Numbered from the whole stretch's first letter, positions 23,343-36,099 are shown. The stretch is DNA of 58,961 bases, filler included, from Dimargaris cristalligena (GCA_003614675.1; 6 parts of 6 records of this genome joined end to end with filler, not necessarily neighbours in it), one strand, 5' to 3'. The notes: generated by a model from the sequence alone, not told the origin. Numbers and translations are program-made.

Positions 23343-26309
23343 TTAGGCTGTAGGGACTAAATTAGTAAAGATTTGAATCGGCTTAACCAGTAAGTCCACA
23401 TAGGCTAAATCCGAAACAGTGGATTCTTCGGATGGATTATCATCGTTGTCGTCGCTTGTGGCCTGCGAAAGACACCGCTTCTGGTCCGAAGAGGAATTCC
23501 GCGAAAGCGAAGCGTCAATTTCGGGGCATTCTAAAGGATACGCTAGAACCAGCGCGAGTTCGACTGTGGATAATCCACTATAACCCGACAGTGAGTGACC
23601 CACGGTAGTTTGAAGACGATATGAAAGGGGCCCCGTCGGTGTAAAATGGATCAGTGGGGGTTGGAAGTAGACGTTGGTAAAGTCGGGCAGTGTCAGCCGG
23701 ATCCGGATGGCACTAAGATCGTGTATCCAATAGAGGGTTGCCTCGATGGTCAATGATAGCGGAAAGGCCCCCAGGACGGTGAGGGGTTTATCGGGATTGC
23801 TAATGGGTTGGGTTATATTGACCGACACGGGTTTAAAACAGTCACGGTCCCCGCAGGGCTCTAGTTGCAGCTGCTGGGCAAATCGGTATAACTGGCTATT
23901 GAATTGCGTTGCTGGTACTTCGGTTTGCACCAGCTGGGCACGGAGAGCCTGGAGCTGGGGCGGGTCCTGGCCGACCCGACGGGCCCGCTGTTGCACCTCG
24001 CGCAAACGGTCTAGCAGAGCCGGGCGGGATACCCGCCGCTCCCCCTTCGACGCTGGAATGAAGGTAAACAGGATATGGGCGAATAACCGCAGTAGCCCCA
24101 GCGCATACCGGGTTTGCGGGGAATGGCCCAGATAGGCATGTTCCAAGCGGTAAGCCCGGGCCATGAGGTCACCCGGGAGATTACACCAGGCCGCCGTATC
24201 ACTGGTGCGACCGACCAGGGCCTGGGCATTAAGCACCAAGGCCAGCGATTGCAGAAACGGCTCAAGGAAATGGCGGGCGTAACTGGCGGCCTGGTGGACC
24301 ACTGCCACTTGGACGAGCTTACCCGGTGCCGGCGTGATCGGGGACGGGTCAAAGGCAATCGTTGTACGGAGCTGTTGGATTTGCTGTCGGATAAAGCGCT
24401 GCGCTCGACTACGCTGGCCTTGTTTAACGAGGGTCAGTACAGCCGGAATACGCAGACAAATGTCACGGGGGACGGCGGTGATGTTATCCAATCGAGCCCG
24501 TGGAACGATAGACGTCTTGAGGACGGAATCGGTGAGGTACTCGGTAGCCCGGTCGCGGGCCGCTCCACCTAGACGACGGGGTTCCGGGAAGCAGTCAGGA
24601 AATTTGTCATGCAGGTAGGGGATATAGTTGAAGATAAACGGGGGTAAAATGGACATGAACGCCGAACGGTTTTCAGCGGCGTTCAGAATGAGGGCGAGGT
24701 GGGCCGTGAGCACCAGGTCGTCCTGGTTAATCTCCCGAGTCAGGAAATGTTTTTCAATTTTCAACAATTTCTCCACTAGGGCCGAGTCAATAGAATTGCG
24801 GTGGCGGTAGCCCACGGACCGCAGACAGCGGTATATACTGGCTTGGTCGTCGGAGTGGCGTAACAGACTGTCACTGAGGGTCTCCACGGTGGTCATGAGG
24901 GCGGGCACGTCGGCCAGGAGTACCGAACTCACTAGACTATGAATACTCTGACGAATTTTCGGGTCGGCGTCTTCCATTACCCCAAAAATAATCTGGAGCT
25001 GCTCTCTATCCAGTGTAATGGGGTAGCGGGAAGCAATCTTGGTCAAACTGGTGATGGCATTCAGGCGCACATAGTCAATTTCGTCATTGAAAATATCCAC
25101 CAGGTAGTCAACGGCCTGCTGCGAAAATTCGGCGGATTGGAGGCATAGTTCGCAGATGGAATTAATGGCGGCGTTGCGTACTTCGCGGTACTCGTCCTCC
25201 AGGCCGTGCACGAATGCCCCGCACGCCCCCGAGTCTAAAATCCGAAAATCGTCGGATTCCACGTCCATATCCCCTTCTGCGACGGGGATAATGTTCCGGT
25301 TAGACCGGCCCGAGCCACCGTCCCGCTTGGAGCCCCCCTTGGCGAACGCCGGCCGCCGTTTCAAGTGGGACATAATCTTTTTGCTCAGGGTTTGGGAGAG
25401 ATAATTGAACTGAACGTCGAAGTAGCTGCCCAGGAGCACACAGGCCTCCGTGCGGATGGTCATGGAAATGTCATTGACCATATCACACACCTTTACGAAG
25501 GCGTCGTCCACTAGTCGGATGGAGTCGCTGTAGTCGTGCTTACGGACCTCAATGACTTCTAATGGGTACAGTTTGCTGATGAGCCACACGATTCGAAGGG
25601 CGCCCAGCCGTACATACTCGTAGTCATCTTTGAGGCATTCAACGCTGACGGGGTACAGTGAGGCGCTAAGGGGATAACCCGAAAGATGGCAGTAGTATAT
25701 TAAATCTAGGGAGGCTTTGCGTACTTTGGGGTGGGGGTCGTGAATGAACCGGCTCAGAGTGGCCGGTAGCTGTTCGTCTAGCTCAGGGACCCGATCCAGC
25801 AGCAGCCCATTGGCCCGAGCCAAAGTATTCAGTAGGGCGTAGAGTTTGAGGGAAATGACCCGGACCTGGGCCGTAAAGTTATTAATTTCTGAGGTAATTC
25901 GGCGGAGGAGGGCCCGGAAGGGGGCGCCGCCTTCCTGCTGGACCAGGGTATGGATGAGCGAAGGGTCGGCCAACAACAATTCGTAGAGGGTGGCCAATAG
26001 GGATCGGGTCGTCTTGGGTGGTTCTTCGGCGGTAGCCCCCGCTGAGTCGGCGGTGGTTAAGACTCTTAGGAAACGCTGAAAGAGGGGCCCGCGTGCAAGA
26101 CCAGGGTGAAAGGCGACTCGCGTACCGATGCGCTGGAGGAACAGCCCGTCTTCGGCATTGGGCTCCGCCTCTAGGCGCTCCTCGATGGCTCTACCCATGT
26201 GGCGAATCGTTTCATGGTCGAATAAAGGTAGAAGGTCAGTCAGTAGCAACAAGCCTTCGGTGCGGCGACTCAGATTGGGAGCTCGAATGAGGTCAAGTAA
26301 TTCCCGCAT
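23343..26309 (-). CDS. INTS4: Integrator complex subunit 4 (HEAT repeats, 988 aa)
   Basis: Long intronless ORF with motifs RLVDDAFVKVCDMVND, QTLSKKIMSHLK, DSGACGAFVHGLEDEYREVRNAA, LVDIFNDEIDYVRLNAI, matching the conserved INTS4 core. Confidence 0.88.
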   Translation of the reverse strand: MRELLDLIRAPNLSRRTEGLLLLTDLLPLFDHETIRHMGRAIEERLEAEPNAEDGLFLQRIGTRVAFHPGLARGPLFQRFLRVLTTADSAGATAEEPPKTTRSLLATLYELLLADPSLIHTLVQQEGGAPFRALLRRITSEINNFTAQVRVISLKLYALLNTLARANGLLLDRVPELDEQLPATLSRFIHDPHPKVRKASLDLIYYCHLSGYPLSASLYPVSVECLKDDYEYVRLGALRIVWLISKLYPLEVIEVRKHDYSDSIRLVDDAFVKVCDMVNDISMTIRTEACVLLGSYFDVQFNYLSQTLSKKIMSHLKRRPAFAKGGSKRDGGSGRSNRNIIPVAEGDMDVESDDFRILDSGACGAFVHGLEDEYREVRNAAINSICELCLQSAEFSQQAVDYLVDIFNDEIDYVRLNAITSLTKIASRYPITLDREQLQIIFGVMEDADPKIRQSIHSLVSSVLLADVPALMTTVETLSDSLLRHSDDQASIYRCLRSVGYRHRNSIDSALVEKLLKIEKHFLTREINQDDLVLTAHLALILNAAENRSAFMSILPPFIFNYIPYLHDKFPDCFPEPRRLGGAARDRATEYLTDSVLKTSIVPRARLDNITAVPRDICLRIPAVLTLVKQGQRSRAQRFIRQQIQQLRTTIAFDPSPITPAPGKLVQVAVVHQAASYARHFLEPFLQSLALVLNAQALVGRTSDTAAWCNLPGDLMARAYRLEHAYLGHSPQTRYALGLLRLFAHILFTFIPASKGERRVSRPALLDRLREVQQRARRVGQDPPQLQALRAQLVQTEVPATQFNSQLYRFAQQLQLEPCGDRDCFKPVSVNITQPISNPDKPLTVLGAFPLSLTIEATLYWIHDLSAIRIRLTLPDFTNVYFQPPLIHFTPTGPLSYRLQTTVGHSLSGYSGLSTVELALVLAYPLECPEIDASLSRNSSSDQKRCLSQATSDDNDDNPSEESTVSDLAYVDLLVKPIQIFTNLVPTA

Positions 26310-27847
26310 GGCCCAAGTTAAGGGTTAGAAATGGTACTAGACGATCTAATGAGGAGAGGTGTCTGAAGGTAAAAGACCAGGAATTCAACGATGGTGAAGG
26401 GGATAAATTGGCGAACAGTCCGCTGAAGAAGGAAACGGTAAAGGAATCTTCGAAACGTATGGGCATTGGAAGTCCTACTCTTGTGGAATTACAGCTGGAT
26501 GCCACCTCATTAGCTTGACCCAAGTCAGTTTCCGCGTTTTTACAGACGCCCTCAATTTTGGCTGGGCTTTATTGCCTTAAATTCCAAGCCTCGTTGGTTC
26601 TTAAGCATAGGGGCTCATTATCAATAATACGATAAGCACACTAACAATAGAGAATACTGGCTGCAGTACGAATTGACATTATCCATACGGTATATAAACC
26701 TAGGCTGCTACCCAAGCCCATCACCCCGGCCCGTACTAATCAAGCTACTACATAGACCAGTCCAATACCAGTCCTGTCGTCCGCAATTAGATACTAAGGA
26801 AGGGTTGGCCAAGGCGCTTGAGCAGCTGGGAATTATATATATGGGAGTAATTCAACAAGGCTGTATAACAAAAAATCCATTTGATAAGGCAAATACTACT
26901 GGTTGAAAATAAACATACCACCGATTTCCCCATACGCATAACAGTTAAAACCCTATACAACCGAGCTGAACTTCACCCATATTCATTGAAACTCGCTACT
27001 AGCACCGTATATTGGTGGGAAAAGATCCTACATGCGCTAATAAACTGTGCCGCTTTTGTAAGAATTAATTTTAACCTTATGATTTGCGGCGATGTTCACT
27101 TTTTGTACATTGCGAGGATAAAGCGACATAATAGGGCAAAATACTGTACTAGAAACGCGGCCCAGTCCTAGAAACATCTATGACCAGTCTATTGTAAAAG
27201 GGGAAAATTATTACCACCCCAATGAAAAAATATATTACCCGTAAGTTATCTGAAAAGCAGTTTACTTGCCCAGTGCAATTCACCGCCGAAATAATAGGTA
27301 TCGGAATGGACCTTGTGTTGCACTACCAGCCCTCGAAGTCCATAAAGGCGCAATTGGTGAACTGGCAGGCGCGCGATCAGTGGCTTAAGTCATGTATTAT
27401 TTTCGGTAAACAGGGCCCGGATGACTCGAAGGCGGGCTCCCCATCCAACTTGGTGGCCTGGGCGTGATTTTGCAGTCTCCAAATGGCCCGCTTAGCCGAA
27501 TGGTTTGCGGGAGTTTTTCTGAGGTAAGCTGGTCAATTTACCGGAGAGGGACCTGGCTGGACAACCTTCCCAAAAATAACCAGTCCCGGTTGCGAATAAC
27601 GAAACGAAGAGGCTCTACCCCCTGCCTAATTCGTTGACGATTACCCTCTCCCAAACGCCGCGCCCTACAAGATTTACCGCTGGAGTTATTGGTGGGTGGT
27701 TCGGGCACTTTTAACACTCGGGACCTTGAGAGGCAGTTTGGCCTCATACCTGACCTCAGCGATTCCTAAAGTGCCTCAATAGCCCATCGAATTCGTTTAT
27801 ATTTTCGGAGATGAATGAGGCTGGAAAGTAGGGCGCGATTTATGAAA

Positions 27848-27855
27848 TATAAAAG
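27848..27855 (+). promoter_or_regulatory. Putative TATA box (TATAAAAG) of DPBB paralog 2
   Basis: Canonical TATA 236 bp upstream of ATG 28084. Confidence 0.5.
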
Positions 27856-28083
27856 GGAGGCTAGCCGGACTCCCCTAGATTCACCAACAGCTGAGTTTTC
27901 TCATTCCATACATCGACCTGGACTATCTTTGTCTGCCAGTTTTTAGCTATGACATCAAATTGGTCTCGTCTAATTCACCAGTAAACAAGTGGCTATAGAT
28001 ATCGCTTTAATTGTATTAGTAGGCCCGAAATACTATCTATACTATCTTGTCTTCACCATTGATTACTTGACGTAGATTTCACC

Positions 28084-28934
28084 ATGAAAATCGCACTCAT
28101 GACCATGGTTACCCTGTCGGTAATGGCTGGTGTCCATGCTTTACCGAGCCACGGGTTAGTACGTCGTCAAGTTCCGGCTGCGCCGGTTCAAGCCAACCCC
28201 GCTCCGCCCCAACCAACCCCACCAGCTTCTGCTATTCCGGGCCCACCCGCCCCGGCTACTCCAGCACCACCTGCTCCAGCCACGCTAGCTCCCCCGGCTC
28301 CTGTTGTTCCCGCACCCCCAGCTACCCCTGCACCCGCCCCTGTCACTCCGGCACCAGCACCCGTCGTTCCAGCACCAACGCCGATACCGGCAGCGCCGCC
28401 TGCTGAAGTTGGTAAGCCTATCCAGGGAATGGCTAGTTTCGAGGATGAAGGCCCCAAACACTTCGGCTCGTGTGGGTCTATAGAGACCCTTGAAACCTTT
28501 ACGGTAGCAATCGTAAGTTAGGCTCATTGGTGTATAATATGGTTGGTTGGTATACTCTGCAGTGGCTATACTTCCCCCTTCCCCTAAAAAATAGGATTGC
28601 TTCCATTCAGGCTCACAAGTTAGAGGGCCTTTAAATCACAACCCCGATATCCTTACAAGGCTAAGCTAATCATACCATTTACATGAATATTATTCAAATT
28701 GGTTAGAACAACGCCCAAATGGGCCCAAGCCAAACTCCGCGGAATAACCCCAACTGTCGCAAAACAATGACTATACAGTACATGAACAATCCCCCTCTAC
28801 AAGCATTGATTACTGATAGCTGCGACATTTGTCCACCAGGCGAAATTGTATTGAGCGTATCGGCAGCCAAAGCCCTCGGACCGGCCTTCATTGAGGCAGG
28901 CCGCTCCTCTGTAACATGGACTATTAATCCATAA
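28084..28934 (+). CDS. Secreted RlpA-like DPBB (expansin/loosenin-like) protein, paralog 2 (~218 aa)
   Basis: Exons 28084-28512 and 28707-28934; intron at the same position as in paralog 1 (after TVAI). Signal peptide, LVRR|Q, PAP-rich linker, FGSCG..NNAQMG..NNPNCRKTMTI..ITDSCDICPPGEIVLS..VTWTINP. Confidence 0.85.
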
Positions 28935-29463
28935 ATGCCGCACTGGGCGGAATCTATCACCACTTATGGTTATCCCATAGTCTATTCGTATATATCAACA
29001 TAAATCTGTCTTTATCACCCCAAGTGACACTGTACCATCCAGTCTATCAATAGTTCTTCGTGTACATTACCCATATAAATAAGTTGAGTTATGTAGCCAT
29101 GTTCGTAACTGGGCCGCCAATCCTCTAATTGTCATTTTATTTGAGTTAGGGATTGTCAATAATTGGAATGTATGAGTTGAAAAAATCAAAATATTGAGGT
29201 ATATTGGCACCCTCCAAGAAGGACTTCTTTCGGCTGAATAGCAAATAAAGCTGCCGGCCATCGAATTCTATCTTGACAGTCCATTTTTTTACCACACTGG
29301 GTTTGATTAATTTGGTTTAATTGATAAAATGGGATATGTCTGAGCTCCAACGGACGGCAGTCTATTTAGTAAATTGCTGTACATACTCAACCACCACGGC
29401 ACCCATAATAATCAGTCACAGCCTAGAATTGGGAAATATGCTCAGTAGTCCGCCCTTAATTAT

Positions 29464-29563
29464 NNNNNNNNNNNNNNNNNNNNNNNNNNNNNNNNNNNNN
29501 NNNNNNNTTAATTAATTAANNNNNNNNNNNNNNNNNNNNNNNNNNNNNNNNNNNNNNNNNNNN
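29464..29563. other. Artificial contig-joining linker
   Basis: N44-TTAATTAATTAA-N44. Confidence 0.99.
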
Positions 29564-29902
29564 AAAGTGGGGCGTTCTACTTAGAAACTAGAGAACACGA
29601 GGGTGGTGGTAGTGGTGGGAGAGGGTAGGGGAAAAGGTCGAATAGGTCAGCTATTAATTAGGCCAGCAACCCATAAATAAGTGGGCAGGTAAATGACGCG
29701 GAACCTTTCGAAGCCACTCCAACTACCATTCTAATCCGATTGCCGGAATGTGGCCCGAGCTCTTTAAGCGGCAGTTTTTTTTTTACTTTCAGGGGCCGCA
29801 AAAACTTGCCTTTCCCAATTTTTTAATACCTTAGACCCCCTTATTTTTAATACTTAGGAGTTTTTATTATTATTTATTTATAACAATAAGGTCGGTTAAT
29901 GT

Positions 29903-29956
29903 CACACACACACACATACACACATACATATATATGTATATATATATATATACATA
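29903..29956. repeat. Compound (CA)n/(TA)n microsatellite
   Basis: cacacacacacacatacacacatacatatatatgtatatatatatatata. Confidence 0.85.
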
Positions 29957-32900
29957 GTGTCTTCGACAGGCGGGTACAGGCGGGAGGGTGACCTATATCC
30001 CCTTCCTCAATCAGCCCATCCGATGGGTGGGTCACGCAGTCGGCCCCTGGTTGACCACTTGACTCCGCCCCTCCCTTCCTCCCTCTCACCTTCAAATGTT
30101 ACGCCGATTTCTTACGTATTAGATTTGAGCTTCTAACTGGATTTTTCCGCATGTGCCACCGTCCTCTATGTATCGGAATCCATCATGTAAATAGAAATAA
30201 ATAAATAGGAACGGGTAAATTTGGGCCCATGGTATGTATGATGGATGCTACGCAATAGACATTAAAGGCGGGATGCCACAAGTTGAACACATTTAAGTAT
30301 ATATATATATATATAGATAGATGTGTGTACGAGAGGGTCACTAAGGACCAGAACTAGGGATAAGACAGGAAGAAGCACATACCACATGCGTCGGTTGTGG
30401 TGCCTACGAATCCGGCCTATGGTGGCCCCAAGCCATCTAGTTACTCTGGGCGATACTCTTTATTCCCCGCTCGGGAAGAATGGGGATGTCCAAGGGGTAT
30501 GAACGCGGGTTCAGGGCACATTTTTTTTTTTAAAAAAATCCTTTCCGGTAAAACAGGTCTTTAGAGGAGGAGGGAGAAGCTAAGTGGGTTTCATATTTCC
30601 CCTTCAAGTGCTCTCCCCGCACCATCTGACGACTCATATGAGCAAACCGTGACCCCCCTTATCTCTGTTCCGTTCCAACGTACACCATATAATATGCCCC
30701 CCCTACCCACACTCGCGCTCTAAGGAAAGGGACGCTCTGGGCTTCACCATACAATCTCACCCACAGTGGAAAAGACGCTGCCGATAGTTGTTGGGTGACT
30801 GGATCAGCCCAAAGCGTGACCAAAGCGAAATTTAGTAGTATTAAACTGTATTCCCTAAAGCATGGCCACTGGGTCCCGAGGGTGTTTTGTATGTTGGTAG
30901 CTTGGTGCTCCTCTCCCGCTAGTGTAGGGGCCATATAGTATGCTTCGAGCGGTTTATCCCTCATTCCAAGGATTGGGAAAAGAGTCAGGTGAGAGAGAGT
31001 CCATACTATTTACCAATTCTCTCACTCCACACACACACACCCCACTTGCACTCCACTTGTGGGTCCCGTGGATTTCAAACTTACACTCACTCTCCTTCTG
31101 GTGTTCGAAGTATTTATTTATTCCATACACCCATTCCATTCGCTCGCCGAACGAAGTCTGCGGTTCGATTGTCATACCCGTTTCTCTAGATGGTTGTTCG
31201 TAAGCGGTATGATGTTCTGCTCCACCACCAGTCTTCTCACTAAATGTCACGATGTCCAATTAACCATTCCCATTGGACAGGTATTAAAATACAGGCGAAT
31301 TGTTGGCATAATGCCATCAGACCATGGTCACCATATATATATAAATTAGAGTCGATTATTGGTGTTAACCTCCGCACCACGTTACCCTTTCGCTAGACCA
31401 ATTAAACGAATGCGGAGAGATTCGAAAGGAACGAATGGCACACTAGCGGTGACAGCTACCGCAGCCAATCCGTTGCGTAGTAGTTATCAGCCGATGGTGG
31501 GGGGGGCAGACTTCACACCGTCTATGGAAGGAGGAGTCTCTTATTGGGGCTAAACAGAGAGAACGCGAAACCCAAGCAAACATAAAGTATTCTCACTGTT
31601 CATGGCGATCACGGCGTATTCCCTTACCAATCACATTTGGTAATTTATGGTGCATGGCGTTGTTGGCCTTGCTTTGGGGTCCCCTTCATTGACCCACTGC
31701 GCGAATAGCCGAATCACAATGAACTGCCTATATATATATATATTTCTCCGCTGTCAGATAACCGGCGCCACTTATACACCCCCCCTTTCCCTCCATCTTA
31801 CCTCGGCCTATCCCTCAGTCCTATACAATACACTCTATTTTTTTTCTACACTTCCCCCATATTTACCATGATACACACCCATATTCACTCACACGTACCA
31901 ATTACCACTAAGCAAGACTGTGGAATCGCAGCACTATCCGTTGATGATGAACATCCCTCTCCCCCCAATATGTCTGACAATCCGGGGAGCACCTAACTAG
32001 TTGAGGGGATTTCGATCAGGCCCGTTGATTCATTGGGATGGGAATAGAACCCTCCGTGATGTAAGTTTACCCGGCCGGCAATTCCGTATCTTTTATTTTC
32101 CCGTTCTTTTCCACTGATAGACAGGCCTATGAAAATACCCTCAATGTTGGATTCCAGGGATGACCCATTCATTATTCCCCATTCCACCCTAGGTCATTTT
32201 CCTAATCCAATTATAGTTAAACTATCTGATGGCAAACACCACTCAATTCCTCGGAAGCCGGAGGCTGGAAGAGGGGATTGGGCCATTGGGCGCCTATATC
32301 CCCTTCAACCACATGGCAAAGGATGGAGGGCGGCAGGCTGTAGGGAGGGGGGTCTCTCTCCCTCTCCTTTCCATTGCTTGCACAATACTTTTTGGTTACG
32401 ATATGATTCAAGAACAATAAGGCCAGGTGGGGAAGAAGCGCGGGTGGGCTCGGAACAAATCGGCGGGCTTAACTGGAGGGGGACTGTGAGCGTGAAACAT
32501 TTATTAGTAGGATCTACCACCTCCTTACCCACCACTGTGCCTCTGTTTTCAAGATGCAGCCACGCCATTGCTTGTATTTTGTGCTGTTTTTTTTTTCTTC
32601 TTCTTTTTCTCAAAAATACAATAAACAAAAAGCCATTTCCATATTTTCAGGCTGGCGTGGACTGTTACTTTGTCAGCAAGGTGCGGCTACCCTACAATTT
32701 GATTCATTCCAATCGGGCGCTGTGTAGGGTCGAGTGTATAGAGAGATAAATAATCGACTGTGTTTATATATATATGTATGTATATACGCCGGGAAGAACA
32801 TGCCAATAATAATTCAGTTGGGCTGGACTGAATTAGATATCCCTAATATGGGTACTGGCGCCATACCGATGAGTCAAGCGTGACTCGGCCGGTGAGGGTG

Positions 32901-35201
32901 TGGAGTGGCGATGAAACACTGAGTTGGTAGTCATTTTACTGGTAAAAACTAATGGTGATTCGATGGACCATTTGGAAACTGAGGCTGGCTCCTCATGAGG
33001 TTTGGACTGTACTTCCTCTTCATTTTTTTCTTCGGTTTTGGTCATGTTATCCTAAAAAGGCCATTTTCCATCCACTACGTTCACCACCCTGAAGGTAGCT
33101 GGATATAAGTCCGCAACATCGTCCAAAAAACCAACAGATGATGAAGATGCCTTTACATGTGCCCTCCGCTCCCTATTATTATGTGACCTACTAACAATAT
33201 AAATAATAAGTTTTATTTTATCTTAAAATTGCGTAGTATATAAGTGGTATATAGTATATACAGGTATTCGTCAGTAGTGCGTAAACCAGTTAATGAAACA
33301 TAGACCCAACGGACCGACGTAATCTACACCATTTTTGGATTTTGACATTCGCAATGGCCGACTCGTTTTTGCTGCATCAGACAATCGGCTATTTTAGCCC
33401 TCCGATCCTACGCAAAAAGGATGCGGGTGGGATGCGGTATTCTCCCCTTCCTTATCCCTTCCATGCCCAACAGCAGCAGCAATTTTTTTTAACTAAACAC
33501 CACCACACAAAAGGCCCTGCAGCTAACTGGGCAACCTATTGTCTATTGAAAATAAATGAATGTCGATCTCATCCGCCTGATGGGAATACCGAATAATTCG
33601 GTGGGAGAAAGCTGGAATGAATGGGGGAGAGTGGTAGATAGACCAAGTGGAATGGACCTTCCACCCCCAAATATCAGTTTTTTGTTTATCCGGGAACCTC
33701 GTTCCCCCTATACGTATGGGGTTCCTACAAGTTCCCCTTTCCTTTGCCTCTCCCCATTTTGGTTTGCCCTTATCACTCGATACACCCCCAGAACCGTAAT
33801 GATGTTATAGCCTGTAAATCGAAGAACAAGGGGAAATGTCGCAAGGTTTTAAGGGAGGGCAAGTCGGTTCCTCTGTCTCTGGCCCTTCTGTTGGTCTATG
33901 CCCCCACCATGTCCGAAATAGTAGTGTGATTGGATGGACAAACCAAAGTAGGGTCTACGTCTTGAAAGCCGGTGCCGTTTGGTAGAAGGGGGGTGAACAA
34001 ATCGGTGCTGTAAATGGCCTTGTACCATGTCCCTTATTCACCCTCTCGTATTCTCGGGAGGTAATCTCGGCCGTGTGGTTTCAGGCATGCCATATGCCGT
34101 TGGCTATAAACCATGTGCGTGGGAGAGGAGGACCAAGAGGGCACTATCCTAACATCATGGACCTGGCTTGCTATTGTCCTATCAATGCCATGCGAGATGG
34201 TTTTTCAATTAGAAAGTCCGCCGGGGTGGACCAATGGCCTATTTGTTCTTTAACCCAAGCCGCAAAGTGGCATGTGAGCACAACATACAGCTGGTTATAC
34301 CTTGTGGTGGGCCTGATGGGCTCGTTCGTTATTATCATTATTTTCCGCTTTGACGAAAACCATAAAAAAAACGGGGTTTACGGCAGGATCGGTGCAATAA
34401 TAGGGGATTTCGACCAAATAGTAATTGGCCCTTTGGGGGTGTCTAGTCCTCACGTAGGATCCAGGTTGGGGTGGAAGGACTATCCCTTGTCCAAACCCTA
34501 CCCAGCTTGGCACTATCGATAGAAATAATCACTTATCTACCGTTGATGACCTCATTAGATAATAATTAAACCATTATTGTCACCACGACGTTTCAACAAA
34601 ATTTTGACTTATGGGGAGGAGGAAACATCATAGATTTCCAGGCATGTAAGCGGGGGCGGCATGACGAGTTCATGACGACGGGCCTTAACCCCTCCTGTAC
34701 CTCAATTCTCAAAATGATATCTAGTGAGTGCATTTCGTTAATACGACGGATATACACACTTTGATATGGTCAGGGATATTGTCATTGCCGTCGTCATGGT
34801 CGACGGCAGTATCGCATAAATTAGGTCAATCCAGAGCAGCAAATGATACTGCCCATGTTCGAAAGCTATTCCTAATCACTTATTGTAGACCATTGTTGCG
34901 TTAGGGACAAACTCGGAAAACAGTATCCCTTATCCCATTCCTTCGGCCGAAATACCGATATCCGTGTTTAAAACTATATCATGTAATACAATCCGAGCAG
35001 AAACCCACTCGGCGATGTAAGGTTCTGCCTTGGTAGCTGTGTTATTTTTAGTTGCACCACCCCCTTAATTTTGGTTTCTGGTATTCAAACAAGTGGTACA
35101 GCTGCATTGCATTTCAGCTCTACGCATTCCCTTTTCTACATTGCTCCATTTCTTACCCTTCCTCGTTTCCCTAATTCCTACCTTTGCCTCGTTTGCCCCG
35201 C

Positions 35202-36099
35202 ATGCCTCCCAAAAAACTCACTCCGCATCAAATGCGCCAAAAGGGACTCACATTCCAACAGGAAACCCCCACCTTCCTCCGCAATCTGTATTCGCAATTG
35301 GGCATGCCCCAGCCCAGGCGGACCGATTCCTATGCGGAAGACGATGCCCCTGCCAACATTGGCCAGGTCCCTGGGGAACGTCCCCTACGTGCATTTTCAA
35401 CATCCGCCACCTCGCGGACAGCTGGGTCCATGCCAGCAGCAGCCGTAACGGAGGAAGACAGTCAATCCGAACCCGAGGACGAAAAACCCCAGATTGTGGT
35501 GGTGAACCCCGGGCGCGACCTATCGGCGAAGGAGGTGGAAACGTTTCGACTGGGTAAACGAAAAGGCGCGGCGACTGACAAGGTAGATGAATCGGCCCAG
35601 GATGATTCAGGTAAGTTGGCCAATTTGGCTTGGGCTTGTTCCTATATATATATATATACATCGTTATAAATACTATTGCGTGTTTCCAGTGACTTTACCC
35701 TTCACTACTAAACCCAATCGTTCGTTGATCCGGGCTCCCCTCTTCTCTGCCTCGCTCTTATTCACCTTCCAATGTCTGCTGAACATACCCCCCATACGAT
35801 CCTTCGTGGTTTATTATATACACCAATGAACAGCCCAACCCCCCGAACGCGTTGCCTTCCGACCCCGCAGTATGCGGCAAGGCAACACCGCTTCCACTGT
35901 AGATGTAAGCTCGTCAAAGGCTTCATCCCACCCCGACAGTAAGAATCGATCTGCTACCAAGGTCCCGGGCCACGGGAAACTATCCCCAAACCATTTGCCG
36001 TCTCATGAAGCTAAAAAGCCCAAATCCGAATCAACCTCAAAGCGGCGGTCCACTAAAGCCGCGGCAGGGCCTTCCCTTTCTTTTGACGATGATATTTAA
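35202..36099 (+). CDS. DUF4604 / KIAA1143-like small disordered protein (2 exons, ~224 aa)
   Basis: Exons 35202-35610 and 35834-36099 (GTAAGT...CAG, phase 1). Motifs LTFQQETPTFLR, EDEKPQIVVV..DLSAKEV, RVAFRP and C-terminal LSFDDD. Confidence 0.78.

Noticed and set aside
553-26309. Apparent cluster of RNA-metabolism genes (PPR, DDX20, NEMF, ELP2, INTS4)
   Set aside because: Spread over three separate contigs; only PPR-DDX20-NEMF are linked, which ordinary gene density explains.
26293-26523. 76-aa ORF overlapping the INTS4 start as a possible N-terminal extension
   Set aside because: Different frame, no clear splice pair, and GCCATG at 26309 has an in-frame stop shortly upstream.
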